From positions 90,334,001 to 90,398,000 of the forward strand of contig OX597815.1 of the NCBI GenBank assembly GCA_951406725.2: a stretch of DNA of 64,000 nt, given 5' to 3'. This document shows positions 29,181 through 42,229 of the stretch, piece after piece; within the stretch, counting starts at the first letter, position 1; every line of letters begins with the position of its first letter. The stretch comes from Octopus vulgaris (lineage: Eukaryota). The notes beneath the pieces were generated by a model. It had not been told where the DNA came from. It searched no databases and worked only from the letters and a program-made list of their open reading frames with translations. The position numbers and the translations under genes are program-made.

Positions 29181-29817
29181 AATATGTGTTTGTGCTTACA
29201 TTTGTTGTTAAATCGAGTATTGTGCCCCACTATGTCTCAAAGTTAGCAGTTCATGAACTAGATATCTATAAAATAAATGCCAGATTGAAATATGTACTGA
29301 GGTCCGTATGATCAATTAAAGCTTTGAAGGTAATACCCCATCATTGTGATGTTTAAAGGCTTAATGGCTCCTAATTTAAGGTAATTGATTATTAACCACA
29401 AGATAATGAGTCCAGAACTTCGTATTGAACTTCCGCTCTATACGATACTACTATATGTACATCTCGATCTACTTGATTTCCAACAATTAACAATTCTAAT
29501 TAGAAGTTGAATGGTTAGCAGTAAGACAGGTGTCCCGATTTCTTTTAAAACTTATAGTGCAAAATATTGAGAAAAATTATTCTTTTCATCACAACGAAAC
29601 ACACACTTATGTGTGTCTGTGGTAATTTGAGTTACTAGAAATAGCAGCCAAATCTCTGTTAAAACACACCCATTAATCAAAAGAAAGAACAGATTTGCAG
29701 TATTTCAGCACGAAAAAAACAAAAAAACTAAAAACAAATCTGGGACACACGAAACACAGACAAACATACTTCACGTGAAAATCTACTAAATAATACTAAT
29801 AGAGTTGACGGTATTAG

Positions 29818-29864
<47 letters not shown>

Positions 29865-29900
29865 TAAATTAGAGATAAAACCACTATTAGGCAAATCAAA

Positions 29901-31362
29901 CGGAGGCCAAGAACTACAGACCTATCTCTCTGACCTCATACATCAGCAAGGTCATGGAACCAATAGTCAGAAGGAAACTAATCGCTTTCCTTGAAGAAAA
30001 TAACTTGCTGCCTGACACACAACATGGTTTCGGACCAGGAAGGAGCTGCCTACCTCAGCTCCTACAACACTATGACTGGGTGCTGAAACAACTGCTCAAG
30101 CACTCAAGTGTGGAAGTGATATATCTCGACTTTGCAAAGGCCTTTGATAAAGTCGATCATGGAATGATATGTCACAAACTGCGTGATCTTGGCATAGTTG
30201 GAAAATTGGGAGAATGGCTTCATGACTTTCTGAAGGATAGAAGTCAGGTGGTAGTAGCCAATGAGGCCACCTCCATTAACACGCAAATAGTGAGCGGTGT
30301 TCCACAAGGTACTGTATTGGACCGCTACTGTTCATAATGGCCCTCTCAGACATGCCCTCAGCCACGCAGAGAGCCATGATCGCAAGTTATGCAGATGATA
30401 CAAAAGTCTCACAGGCAATACAGAACCCTGATGACACCATGCACCTGAAATGTGAGCTGGACAAAATATACAAGTGGGCTGAAAAGAATAGCATGTATTT
30501 CAATGCTGAAAAGTTTCAAGCTTTATGCTATCAGCATGCAAAACTAAATGCAATACCCAATAAATACACTGGACCTGGAGGGATTGCAATCCCAGAGGCA
30601 CAATCAGTGCGAGACCTGGATATTTACATGAGTGATGATGCAACCTTTCATGGCAATGAAATGTAGGCGGCTGACCGGATGGATTCTTAGAACCTTTAGA
30701 ACAAGTGACCATGATGGTCCTCTGGAGGACACTTGTCCTAAGCTACTTTGACTATTGCATTCAGCTATGGTCACCATCCAGTGTCAAGTTAATCACAGAA
30801 CTTGAGGTGATCCAACGAAGCTACACGAAGAAGATAGCTTCTGTGCAGCATATAAGCTACTGGAAAAGACTCAAGAGATTAAACCTCTATTCCTCAGAGC
30901 GTAGGCGAGAAAGATATGCCATAATATACAACTGGAAGATCCTGGAATGACTTGTCCCAAACTTCCGCATCGAGAGTTACACAAATACTAGAACTGGGCG
31001 CCACTGCATAGTGCTAAGGACTCCAAATTTGCCGTCAAGATGTAGGACATGATACTGTGATAGCCTGGGCTTCAGAGGTCCACAGCTCTTCAATATCCTC
31101 CCGAAGGACCTGCGAGACCTGTATGGGGTGGATGCAGATGTCTTTAAAATAAAACTGGATCTCTTCCTGTCAGGTGTCCCAGATGAACCAACTTCACGGC
31201 AGGAGATGCAGATGAGGGCAGCTGCATCGACCTCTCTCATGCACCAAATGGCAATTGCTAAAAAGCATTCGTGAAGTAAAATCATGGAGCAACACCGAAT
31301 GGCGGTGCCCCAGCATGGCCACGACTCGTGAGCTGATACTAGATAAAATAAATAGATAAAAT
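29901..31362 (+). mobile_element. 5'-truncated CR1/L2-group LINE: RT domain to 3' tail, frameshifted
   Basis: KNYRPISLTS, QHGF, IYLDFAKAFDKVDH, SGVPQGTVL, YADDTK, LWSP, YSSERRRER across ORFs 29954..30337, 30337..30666 and 30705..30950; ends in a short AT-rich repeat tail. Confidence 0.95.
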
Positions 31363-31653
31363 ATATATCCGTGTAACTGGGGAACAGGTTTACATTTTAT
31401 AAATCTTTTATTAAACACACGACTACGTTCCAATTTTGTCTAAATATCATTTTTTTGTTTTTGTTTTATTTCTGTAAGCCACTTCTATCTAAATTAGAGC
31501 AAGTTCTTAGATCCCTATTCATTGTTTCTATAATTTCCTAATCTCTTTGTCAGGATATGGGATCTAATTCGCAGATGCATTGCCTCTTTTATAGCAGTAT
31601 ATTTTATGTAGAATTTATCGCCAAAATGTTTAAGCGTTTCATTTCTGCTTCTG

Positions 31654-32063
31654 TTACTCTTTACTCTTTACTCTTCAGCTGGTTTCAGTCATTTGACTGT
31701 GGCCAAGTTGGAGCACCGCCTTTAGTCAAGCAAATCGAGCCCAGTACTTATTCTTTGTAAGCCTAGTACTTATTCTATCGGTACCTTTTGCCGAACCGCT
31801 AAGTTACGGGGACGTAAACACACCAATATCGGTTGTCAAGCAATGCTGGTGGGACAAACACAGACACACAAACATGTACACACATACACATATATACATA
31901 TATACAACGGGCTTCTTTCAGTTTCCGTCTACCAAATCCACTCACAAGGCTTTGATCGGCCCGACGCTATAGGTAGAAGACACTTACCCAAGGTGCCACG
32001 CAGTGGGACTGAACCCGGATCCATGTGGTTGGTAAGCAAGCTACTTTCTGCACAGCCACTCCT
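31654..32063 (-). mobile_element. Full-length CORE-type SINE, family B
   Basis: Minus: aggagtggctgtg...gggttcagtccc (B-box-like), ccttgggtaagtgtctt (CORE-like), internal microsatellite, (GAGTAAA)n tail. Confidence 0.9.
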
Positions 32064-32681
32064 ATATTTTAAGAATAAGTCACAGATATGAGTGCAAAGC
32101 AACAGGGAAATGTTCACAATATAAAATTATAAATATATATCATAGATGAATGATAATGAGCCACAAAATTTTCCCCGACGAAATCTAATTTTCAGTTATT
32201 TTCAACATAGAGAAGCCTTCATCGATTACCAAAAGTTTTATCTATGTTTATGCTTTGACGATATTTGAGGTGTTAGACAATAAGAGCATTAATATATCAG
32301 TAATATTAGACTCTACAATAAACTATTGCGATTTTAGTAGCCTTAAGAAATGCAATAGAGATGAATAGTAAGAAAAATATCAACAATTAGCCAAAATAGC
32401 AAATTGTCCGTGCAGATCGATACAGAATGAAAACAATATCAAAGAAACCACTGAAATGAATTTGTGTGATCTTACGATACTTTTTAGACAAATCGCTTTT
32501 CAAAAAATCAAAACAAAACATTGTAATATTTTCAAAGGAACAGATATCTAAATCTCGTCTTCTTTCACTAGACATCATTCATCTCATTCTTTCTTTAGCC
32601 CTCTCTTATTTGTTAGGTGTAGTATGTGTGTGTACACTTGTGTGTACGTAATACAAAATGTTTATGTGCATTTAAATATGC

Positions 32682-32682
32682 A

Positions 32683-32774
<92 letters not shown>

Positions 32775-32874
32775 TATGTATCAGCGTATCTGAATACGTA
32801 AGTTTGTGTGTGTGAGTATGTGTGTAAGTATAATTTTTATTAACTTTATATATATAAATACATATATACATATT

Positions 32875-32912
<38 letters not shown>
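32682..32912. repeat. (TA)n microsatellites
   Basis: Direct sequence. Confidence 0.95.
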
Positions 32913-32916
<4 letters not shown>

Positions 32917-33297
32917 AACACATTTCTTTGTGTTTGTCACCCTCTATGCTCAAGTGCGTATCTCCTGTCCAATGAAGTTTGAGAACGCTATCTGTTATTC
33001 CATTTTTATTTGCAGCGTAGGAATACATTTTAATGCAAAAAAATAATGGCGCAAACAATCTCTTTTTATATATAAAAATAATTCTGTGCGTCGCATCTAC
33101 GTATATGGCGTTATGATACAGGTTATTTGAAAAAAATTATTGAATACAGTGAAATGGTATCTTTATTCCCAAAAGAAGCAAATTTTTTATGACTAACCTG
33201 GGTGAATCTCGTAGTTTGTTGATCGTACTTTTGTCTTGCGTTTGTCTGTATGTACATATATACAAATGCATTCATATATATATACCCCACACACACA

Positions 33298-33359
<62 letters not shown>

Positions 33360-34274
33360 GCAAATAAGTAACAATGATGGCTGTTTCAAGCGACACCATT
33401 CATTCCATCAATGAAAATACTACATCAATTTGACATAAACCTCGGACGCAGACGACCATATACATTTCCAACATAAAGGATAGACCATTATTTTTTTGTT
33501 CGTTTTTATAAAAACTTTATCAGTACAAGATACTAACATCATCACATTGTTTCGATTTGTTATTTTTGTGGCAGAATGAATTTAGGGAAAAATATATACC
33601 TAAAGTCTATTATAAACTAGAGTGGCAGAGGAAAATAGGGGGGATCAAGAACCTCTTCTCACTCTGTCATTAACTTACTAGCAACTCTGAGATATTTCAT
33701 TTTATGTAGATAAAGCTGGATATATAGTCGCAGTAAAATAGGGGCCGGGGAAAGCGTCTGACATTAATTAATATATCATCACCAACAAATACTTCCCAAT
33801 GGATTTAATTCTAAGGAATTGTAGACAACAAGCTGCATTAAGTCTTATTAATGTGATAAAGATAAATATAAATGTAGCTATATGACCATTCCTCTTCCTT
33901 GACCCCCATTATTTCTTCTGTCACCCTAAATTGTAGTAGACCTTAGGCATACATATTTTCCCTGAGTGCATTCTGCTATAAAAATAGCAAATGGAAACAA
34001 CGTATTAATTTTAGTCTCTTGTACTGATGAAATTTTGCCAAAAAATAAAATAAAATAAAATGGTTTATCCTTTATTTTGAAAATCTATAAAGACGGCTGC
34101 TTCCGAAGATGACGGTTTATTAAGAATTGATGTAATATTTTTTTATTGATCGACTAAATGGAGCCGCTTGAAATAACACTGGTACCTGGACATCCATGTT
34201 TCTTATTAGCTTTTTATTCACCTAACTTCGAAATGCGCAGACTATACCGAACAGGATTGGTGCTTCACTGTCCG

Positions 34275-34281
34275 TGCGTGT

Positions 34282-34359
<78 letters not shown>

Positions 34360-34386
34360 TATATATGTATGTATGTATATGTGTAT
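34275..34386. repeat. (TG)n/(TATG)n microsatellite
   Basis: Direct sequence. Confidence 0.95.
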
Positions 34387-34659
34387 GCAATTAAAATGAG
34401 AAAGGAATGAGAACTGCATCGTGAATTTCATTCGCTTATAGCTATAAGACGCAATGCACTCTTACATGATTGCTTGTGTATCAAGCTATAGCTTCATCGG
34501 AGCTTCAAACATAAGGTTTAATTTTCTTCAGGAAATCATTTATATTTATATTATGTACACAGAAAAGCAACGCCAAGGAAGAAAACATAAAGGTATGTTG
34601 GAAATCAATTCGTTATTTTGAGGAGGAGAAACCCCCGCAGAACTGGAATAATAAAAATA

Positions 34660-34688
34660 TACATGTATGTATAAATATATATATATAC

Positions 34689-34754
<66 letters not shown>

Positions 34755-35308
34755 TGACAATCATGCACATATATATAGACATTCACGTAAATATATATGG
34801 AATATATATATATATATATTATATATATATATGTGTATGTATGTATGTATGTATGCATTTATGTATTATGTATATAGGCATAAACATTAAATGTATATAC
34901 TGTATATATGTATGCATATGTATGTGTGTGTGTTTGCATGTATTTATGTATTTATAGTGTGTTATATACACAGATGCACAAACTTACACAAACGCATACA
35001 TGTACAAAGGGAAGTATATCGGTATACATTTGCAGAAGCATCTGTTTATAATTCTCACACAGATAGATATATAGATTTCTGCTATATATACAGCTATGTA
35101 TAGATTTATATTTACGCTTTCTCACCCTCACAGACATGCACAGAGAAACACTTATACAGAGATAACTACATACATACATACCCACTGATATATACATATA
35201 TATATACACGCGGATATATAGGGATACATACATTTCCTTACATATATATATATATACAAATGACTGAAAAAAGTAAAAGAGTATATAAACCGAATATAAT
35301 TCTATATG

Positions 35309-35402
<94 letters not shown>

Positions 35403-35460
35403 TGTGTGTGTATGTCTTCCTCTCTCTCTTTCTCTCTCTCGCTCTCTTGATATATATACA
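34660..35460. repeat. TA/CA/TG/TC compound low-complexity region
   Basis: Direct sequence. Confidence 0.85.
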
Positions 35461-35771
35461 TGAAAATACATGCAAATAAAACCCACGAAGGATTCGTATG
35501 GAAGGATGTGGGCGAAAGAGAGAACCGATAAAAATTATTTTGTACTAAAAATAAGAACGGGTAAAAATTTCAATTAAATGAGCTATAAAGTTCGATGTGC
35601 ATTTTTCAAAAATATATAAATGGTATATAAGATTCATAAAACAGTTCGAGGAAGTCCACTTTCTACGCCCATTTCTAGAGTTCTCCTTGTAGAAAAATTA
35701 ATAAACTCTGGAAACGGCCGTAAAAAATGGACTTCCTCGAACTGTATTGTATACCTTAAATTCGGTTTATA

Positions 35772-36172
35772 TACTCTTTTACTAGTTTCGGTCATTTGAC
35801 TGCGGCAATACTTGAGCACCGCCTTTTGTCGAGTAAATCGCCCCCAGGATTTATTCTTTGGAAGCCTAGTACTTATTCTATCGGTCTCTTTTGCCGAACC
35901 GCTAAGTTACGGGGACGTAAACACACCAACATCGGTTGTCAAGTGATATTGGAGTGGGGACAAGCACAGACACACAAACATATACACACACATACATATA
36001 TAAATACATATATACAGCGGGCTTCTTTTAGTTTCTGTCTGCCAAATCCACTCACAAGACTTTGGTCGGCACGAGGCTATAGTAGAAGACACTTGCCCAA
36101 GGTACCACGAAGTGGGACTGAACCCGGAACCATGTGGTTGGTACACAAGCTACTTAACACACAGCCACTCCT
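35772..36172 (-). mobile_element. Full-length SINE family B
   Basis: High similarity to 31654-32063 along its whole length. Confidence 0.9.
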
Positions 36173-36343
36173 GGGACGGGGGCCAGTCGATTAGATCGAC
36201 GCCAGTACGCAACTGGTGCTTAATTTATCGACGCTGAATGGATAAAAGGCAAAGTTGACCTCGGCGGAATTTGAACTCAGAACGTAAAGATAGACGAAAT
36301 ACCGCTAAGCATATCGCCCGGTGTGCGAACGTTTCTGCCAGCT
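36173..36343 (-). mobile_element. SINE family A
   Basis: Reverse complement of the 45010 copy (aaaggcaaagttgacctcggcggaatttgaactcagaacgtaaaga). Confidence 0.9.
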
Positions 36344-36708
36344 TTAAAAAAATCACATCGAACTCTATGGATCTTCTTACTGAAACCCTTGGCCGCTCTT
36401 AATTCTGGTACAAAATAATTTTTATCGGTTCTGTTTTTCTCAGACTCCCTTCCATAAGTATCCCACGCGGATTTATTTGCATATATTTTTATGTATATTT
36501 ATATATCTACTTATGTTTTATACATATTTTTTTTAAATATTCATGTGTCGACATGTATTAATATATGTATACGCATTTTAAGTCGAATTTATAACTGTAT
36601 GAGTATGATTGCCTAATTTGAGTTTATATCCTATTCTTATCTATTCTCTCAGCTTCGACCCGAGCACTTTTTAAGCAGTTCTATATATTTCGTAAGGAAG
36701 AACAATAA

Positions 36709-36743
<35 letters not shown>

Positions 36744-36765
36744 TACATATATATATACATATATA

Positions 36766-36811
<46 letters not shown>

Positions 36812-36955
36812 TATATGCATACATATATATATATACATACATATATATATATATATATATATGCATATATACATATATACACTTATATACATACATACAA
36901 TACATGCATATGCACACACATTTATATACAGGTATATACATATACATATATATTA
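36709..36955. repeat. (TA)n/(TACA)n microsatellite
   Basis: Direct sequence. Confidence 0.95.
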
Positions 36956-37242
36956 CATTTACGAAAACACTGTTCACAGTATAAGTACAAAATTAAGATC
37001 TTTGGCCTGTAAAATAAAGGCATTACTTGAAACAATCATGGAATGAGGATTAAAGTTCGTATTATAGTGTGCATTTGATCAATGTGGAAAGATATTCTAA
37101 GTATACGAACGACAGTTATACAGTGTGTTACATTCCAGTATTAAACTCTTTATGCCTTTTGATTTAGTTTGGTTAAAATTTAGTTTCAGCTTACACAACA
37201 TTAAAGGTTCCTGACTACTCATGATAGCTACAGCACAGAATC

Positions 37243-37446
37243 CGTTCTTCTACAGGCAGAAGGCCTGAAATTTGGTGGGAGGCGACCAGTCGATTACATC
37301 AACCTCAGTACTCAACTGGTACTTATTTCATCGACCCGGAAATGATGAAAGGCAAAGTCTACCTCGGAGCAATTTGAACTCAAACCGTAGCGACGGGCGA
37401 AATACCGCAAAGCATTCCGTCCAGCGTGGTAACGCTTCTGTCAGCT
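37243..37446 (-). mobile_element. SINE family A
   Basis: aactggtacttatttcatcgacccggaaatgatgaaaggcaaagtc...aatttgaactc. Confidence 0.85.
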
Positions 37447-38654
37447 ATGAGTGATGAACATACTGCATAATACATGATTAATATGTAGGCTTTGAGTTGA
37501 ATTAATCGCTCATTATCTACTGAAATGTAGTTGACTCCTTTTTACCTCAGTTGCTTATACTCACTGATAACTGTACATTCGATGGAAATGACATATTTTC
37601 TCTCTTTCTTCTTACGACCTATATTTAATAAATATTTGTTCCGACTGTGTAGAATGTAATAGTGTCGTCTAATATCTATAATTCAATAGAAGTAAAATAA
37701 GAAAGTTAACTGAGATATTTTCAATTTAGATTATGGTCTATTATATCTGTTGAAGAATAATACATATTTTTGTTTAATAACACTTCTAATCATTCGAACT
37801 TTCACGGTGCTTTGCCTATTTTTAATATTTTGGGACATTCAAATGAAAGAAGAGAAAAAGCGAACGAAATGTGCAATAAAAGAGGCATCAACATGAGCAT
37901 TTTCAATTTATTTGAAGTTGCATTTTATTTATTTATTATGTAAATATAGCTTCAAATTTTTAATCTATTTTGTGGGGTTTTTTCCCTTCTCCTCACTAAG
38001 GCTCTAAGCATCTCGAAAAGTATTTCTACCTTTAATCATTAACTATTAAAATATTCTCATTTCTCTCACTGTCTTTTCTTGTTCATATTTTGCTACTGCT
38101 GTATATTTTCTATCCCCACACTTCAGTTCCAGCTAATTTGTAGTTTTCCCACCAAAATACCTTTACCTTGGGTGCATTTTCTCTATTTTCTTTATTTTTC
38201 CATCTTCCACTTCGATTATCAATCAATTTTCGCTTCCTGTGCTGAACATCTGCATCCTAATTACACTTTATTAGAATTACCCTCCAGCATCATTTGCTAG
38301 TGCTTAGAGATATAAATACATATCTAAACTGAATCAGTTAAAAGGATCAAATTAAGAAACGTTTACAAATAATTACATGGAGAATACTTGAAAATGCGAA
38401 AACGTGTATGATTCTAATTTTTAAGCAAACAACAAACAAAATTCAGTTATTAATTCAGTAGAAAAAGTATGTGAGCAAATTTCCGTTAAAAATATACTAA
38501 TGGTGTAGCGTGAATTATTCATAAAAGACTTCCATCTATGTACTATTCTTATTATGCATATATATTGAAAACATGCTTGATAACAATATAATGTCATTCT
38601 ATATAGGATTACATCATATTTGTAGATATTATTTTGACACTTCCTCATCATTTG

Positions 38655-39005
38655 CTAGCTTCAGTCATTGGAATGCGGTCATGTTGGGGCACGGCCTTGA
38701 AAGGTTTTTTTGGAATTAAATCATCTCAATATATTTTTATGTGTGGAACACATTTTATGGGATACCTTCTGCTGAACCGCTAAGTTGTGCTGGCGTAAAG
38801 AAACCAACACTGGTTGTCATGCGATGTGTGGAGAACACACATATAAACATATACGACAGGCTTCTTTTAGCTTTCGGCAAACACATCTACTCGCAAAGCT
38901 TTGTTAGGAATGGGGCTATAGTAGAAAACGCTCGACCTCTGTACTATGTCGTGGGACTTTATCCGGAACCATGTGGTCGGAAATTAAACAGCCAACCCTC
39001 AGCCT
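38655..39005 (-). mobile_element. SINE family B, diverged
   Basis: cagtcattggaatgcggtcatgttggggcac...gctgaaccgctaagtt...ggaaccatgtggt. Confidence 0.75.
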
Positions 39006-39194
39006 ATATAGCGAGAACAAATGAGATAAAAAGACATGGATACAGGAAACACAGCGAAATTATAAACATTTCTAGTATACAGGCCAGACAACACAGCGTA
39101 TCGTAGATTCGATAGGAAAGAGCAAATAACAAACTATAGGAGGGAAAAATGATGATTTTTTTTTGTTTTCTATTTCTCGTGTTTGCAAATATCT

Positions 39195-39405
39195 GTTTCA
39201 AATTTTGTCACAAGACCAGCAATTTCGAGGAAGGTATTTAGCCGATTACATAGACCCTAGTGTTCCCCTACAACTTATTTTATCGACCCTGAAAGGATGA
39301 AAAGCGAAGGTGACAGCGGTGGAATTTGAACTCAGTATGTAAAGACTGATGAAATGCTGCGAAGCATTTTGCACGGCGTGCTAATAATTCTGCCAGCTTG
39401 CCGGC
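39195..39405 (-). mobile_element. SINE family A, diverged
   Basis: ttattttatcgaccctgaaaggatgaaa...ggaatttgaactcag...ttctgccagcttgcc. Confidence 0.8.
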
Positions 39406-40307
39406 TTACGATTATCTTTAGTATATTATGTGACAAAGATTATTTTAATTTCATTTATAGAATGGACATTTCCTATATTTATATTTACGCTGCATATGCA
39501 TAGGCTTGGTTCAGGGTCTTTATGAAACATTTAATTGTTCAATACAAATGTGACAAAATTTGAATTAGTAACCTTTTCTCTAAATTTCATGGTGGCGTTC
39601 TAATACACTGCTTTAATGGCTTAAACAAAGAGGGAAGGATAGTGCTCTTGCCATCTTCCGAAGAAGCTAAGCTCAGACCGAAAATGTGGTATATGCAACT
39701 GATTGAAAGTTAAAGGCACCTGAGAGTAAATAATTGGTATTAAAACGGCGACTGATTACGCCTACTACCCAGATACATAAGAGAGCTTCTAGACAAGTTT
39801 ACTGGGCAAATTGTCGGTGAATCTAACGATACAATAGGCGCCGTGAAGTTGGACCAATGTCCAGTGCATGTAATTGTGAGGCTAATTTTTTTAAGTTTGC
39901 AGCTATACATATACCATACTACGAAGCAATCCAATAATGAATATTCTGATGAAGATCAGAAACAAAAGTGATACAAATCTAATTTACTTGAAAATATTTT
40001 GAATATAATCTATAAATATAATATTACAGTGTGAAACATAATGTTAAATGCAACTCATAGCTACAGATGTTTTGCATATGACTGTGTAACATGTAAAAAC
40101 ACGATGAATATGTATGAGAGGTGACGATATTCACATATTCATAATCGTACCAGTGGAGTACGTTAAATGACAATGAGTTTGAAGTAGATTCTGAGTTATT
40201 TATCGCAATCGGGTATTACTTGGTTTGCAGAAAAATTCTGCAAGAGATAATTCCAAATATATGTACATATATATATATATATATGTATATATACACATAT
40301 ACATGCA

Positions 40308-40363
<56 letters not shown>

Positions 40364-40378
40364 AACATATACATACAA

Positions 40379-40414
<36 letters not shown>

Positions 40415-40419
<5 letters not shown>

Positions 40420-40760
40420 TGCAGCGTGGGAGGTGTTTATAAGCCATTTAAGAAACACACAAAAAGCCGTTCGATTCACTCCAACATTTAAGTTTAATTT
40501 GTCAAAATATTTTCGTCGCTAAAATCCGCGACCTGTTCACTGACAAAGTCCGTGATGCAGCACGGACTTTGTCAGTGAACAGGTCGCGGATTTTAGCGAC
40601 GAAAATATTTTGACAAATTAAACTTAAATGTTGGAGTGAATCGAACGGCTTTTGTGTGTTTCTTAAATGGCTTATAAACACCTCCCACGCTGCAATTGTT
40701 TTCGTTTCAGCACACGATCTCAGATCAAATTACTTGCTATGCGAGTACATCTCCGTAATA
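40415..40760 (+). mobile_element. Palindromic non-autonomous element in (TA)n, probably a PLE pLTR plus its inverted copy
   Basis: Arms 40415-40554 and 40561-40699 are reverse complements apart from one A/T indel; 6-nt spacer; ~60 nt unpaired tail; (TA)n on both sides. Confidence 0.8.
40568..40617 (+). ncRNA. Hammerhead-like motif (minimal type I, G3-C8 core variant); mirror copy on the minus strand at 40498-40547
   Basis: TTTGTCA | GTGAACA | G | GTCGC-ggatttta-GCGAC | GAAA | ATAT | TT | TGACAAA: 7-bp stem I, 5-bp stem II, palindromic minimal stem III. Confidence 0.5.
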
Positions 40761-42229
40761 TATATATATATATATATATATACATACACACACACAAACT
40801 CATACACACACACACACACATAAATGAGTTACACTTTGTGATTTATTAGTCACGATCAAAGACACAAATACATTATTTCTCTGGCATTGTGGAACATATG
40901 AAATACAGTTATGATGAGATCAATTGCTATAATATTCTTACTGAAGATTATTAACTTGAGTGCTAACAACAGACGTATGATATCTGCTGTGCATGCAAAT
41001 GATTACCAGAGAGAAATCTGGCAAGTGGAATATAGTGGACAGAGCAACTGCCGCTGTTTGTTATTACGTGCATTGCTCTGTATGTTGGGCAAGCCTTCTG
41101 TGTACTTGACAAATGCCATGACGCTTTGTATGTAACTAAATCTATGTTAAACACTCTAGTATTTTATTAGTGTTTTCATCAAAGAATTTTCGAAATTGAA
41201 GCCAAAATCTGATGTGTAGAAGTTTTACATTACAAGAGTGAGAATTAGTAATGACTTTTTTTTTAATATTCTAAATTTAACTTTCTGTAAAATACGTGTG
41301 AAATATACTTAAGCAAAAATTTTAATTACTTCATGAGATATTTAAATGATCATGAAAACGTTTTTCAGTTCCAAGAAATACTTCAATGAAAGCAAAGATG
41401 AACCCCTTGATAAGAGAATTTGGTGCGTACTTCAAGCCTGTCATAATATGCAAAAATATTAATGAATGCATCATTTTTCAGCCGTACCACCGTAGATTAA
41501 AGCTCAAGTGTAGTAAATGTAAAATACACATGAATCACTGATTGATTATCTAATTCACTATGACAAAGTTTATCTCCTCAAAAGTCTTGAAAACAAAAAT
41601 TTTTCGGTGCCTTAATGTTACTAATTTAGAGATTCTTTCGAAGCATAACGTAATGAATTTCTTAGACGAGCACACCACGATCGAAGAATTAATCACGAAG
41701 TTAGCGTCTCTTCCTGAGCCAGATTCATTTTCTTATTGACACCAAACCACTACACAAAATTTACTGTTAATGTGTAGAAAATGTGAGTGACAATCCTATC
41801 TGTCTATTTCAGTAATACCCGCTATGGCCAAATGACTAAACACAAAACAGTTACTGCAGCATAAATTAAGAACTGTAGTACTCCAGAAATAAAAACAAAC
41901 ATTACCTTAACTCGTGAGTAATTAACATTTTGTATTATTTACCGACGTTTATTTATTATTTTTTGCAGTCATTTGGATTTATACAATTTGTCCGAACTTC
42001 ACATTCAGTATAATGTACTAGTAATCTAATGATAATTTCAATCGATTATAATATTTTCCTAGGAAGCATAGCTTTTTAAAAACATAAATTATTAATTCTA
42101 TAAGCTAGTACTATACAATAGAGCTACAGTAGATTCTGATGCATTGTCTAGTAATATTTGCAATATTTCATCATTAACGTACTTTAACTCTGAATAAAAG
42201 GATTACTGTTCTTCTGGTTCCTTTATTAA

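Larger units (their letters stand above)
35455..36500. mobile_element. Old MITE/fold-back element with ~150 bp diverged inverted repeats, interrupted by two SINEs
   Basis: 35455-35610 is the imperfect reverse complement of 36345-36500, including a perfect 25-mer (35521-35545 vs 36408-36432). Confidence 0.65.

Noticed and set aside
39940-39975. CTGATGAAGATCAGAAAC
   Set aside because: Core words are present but there is no stem II, stem I or NUH site in register.
41630-42020. Short protein-like frame (MNFLDEHTTIEELITKLASLPEPD) with nearby splice-like sites
   Set aside because: Under 40 codons, implausibly short introns and no recognisable homology.
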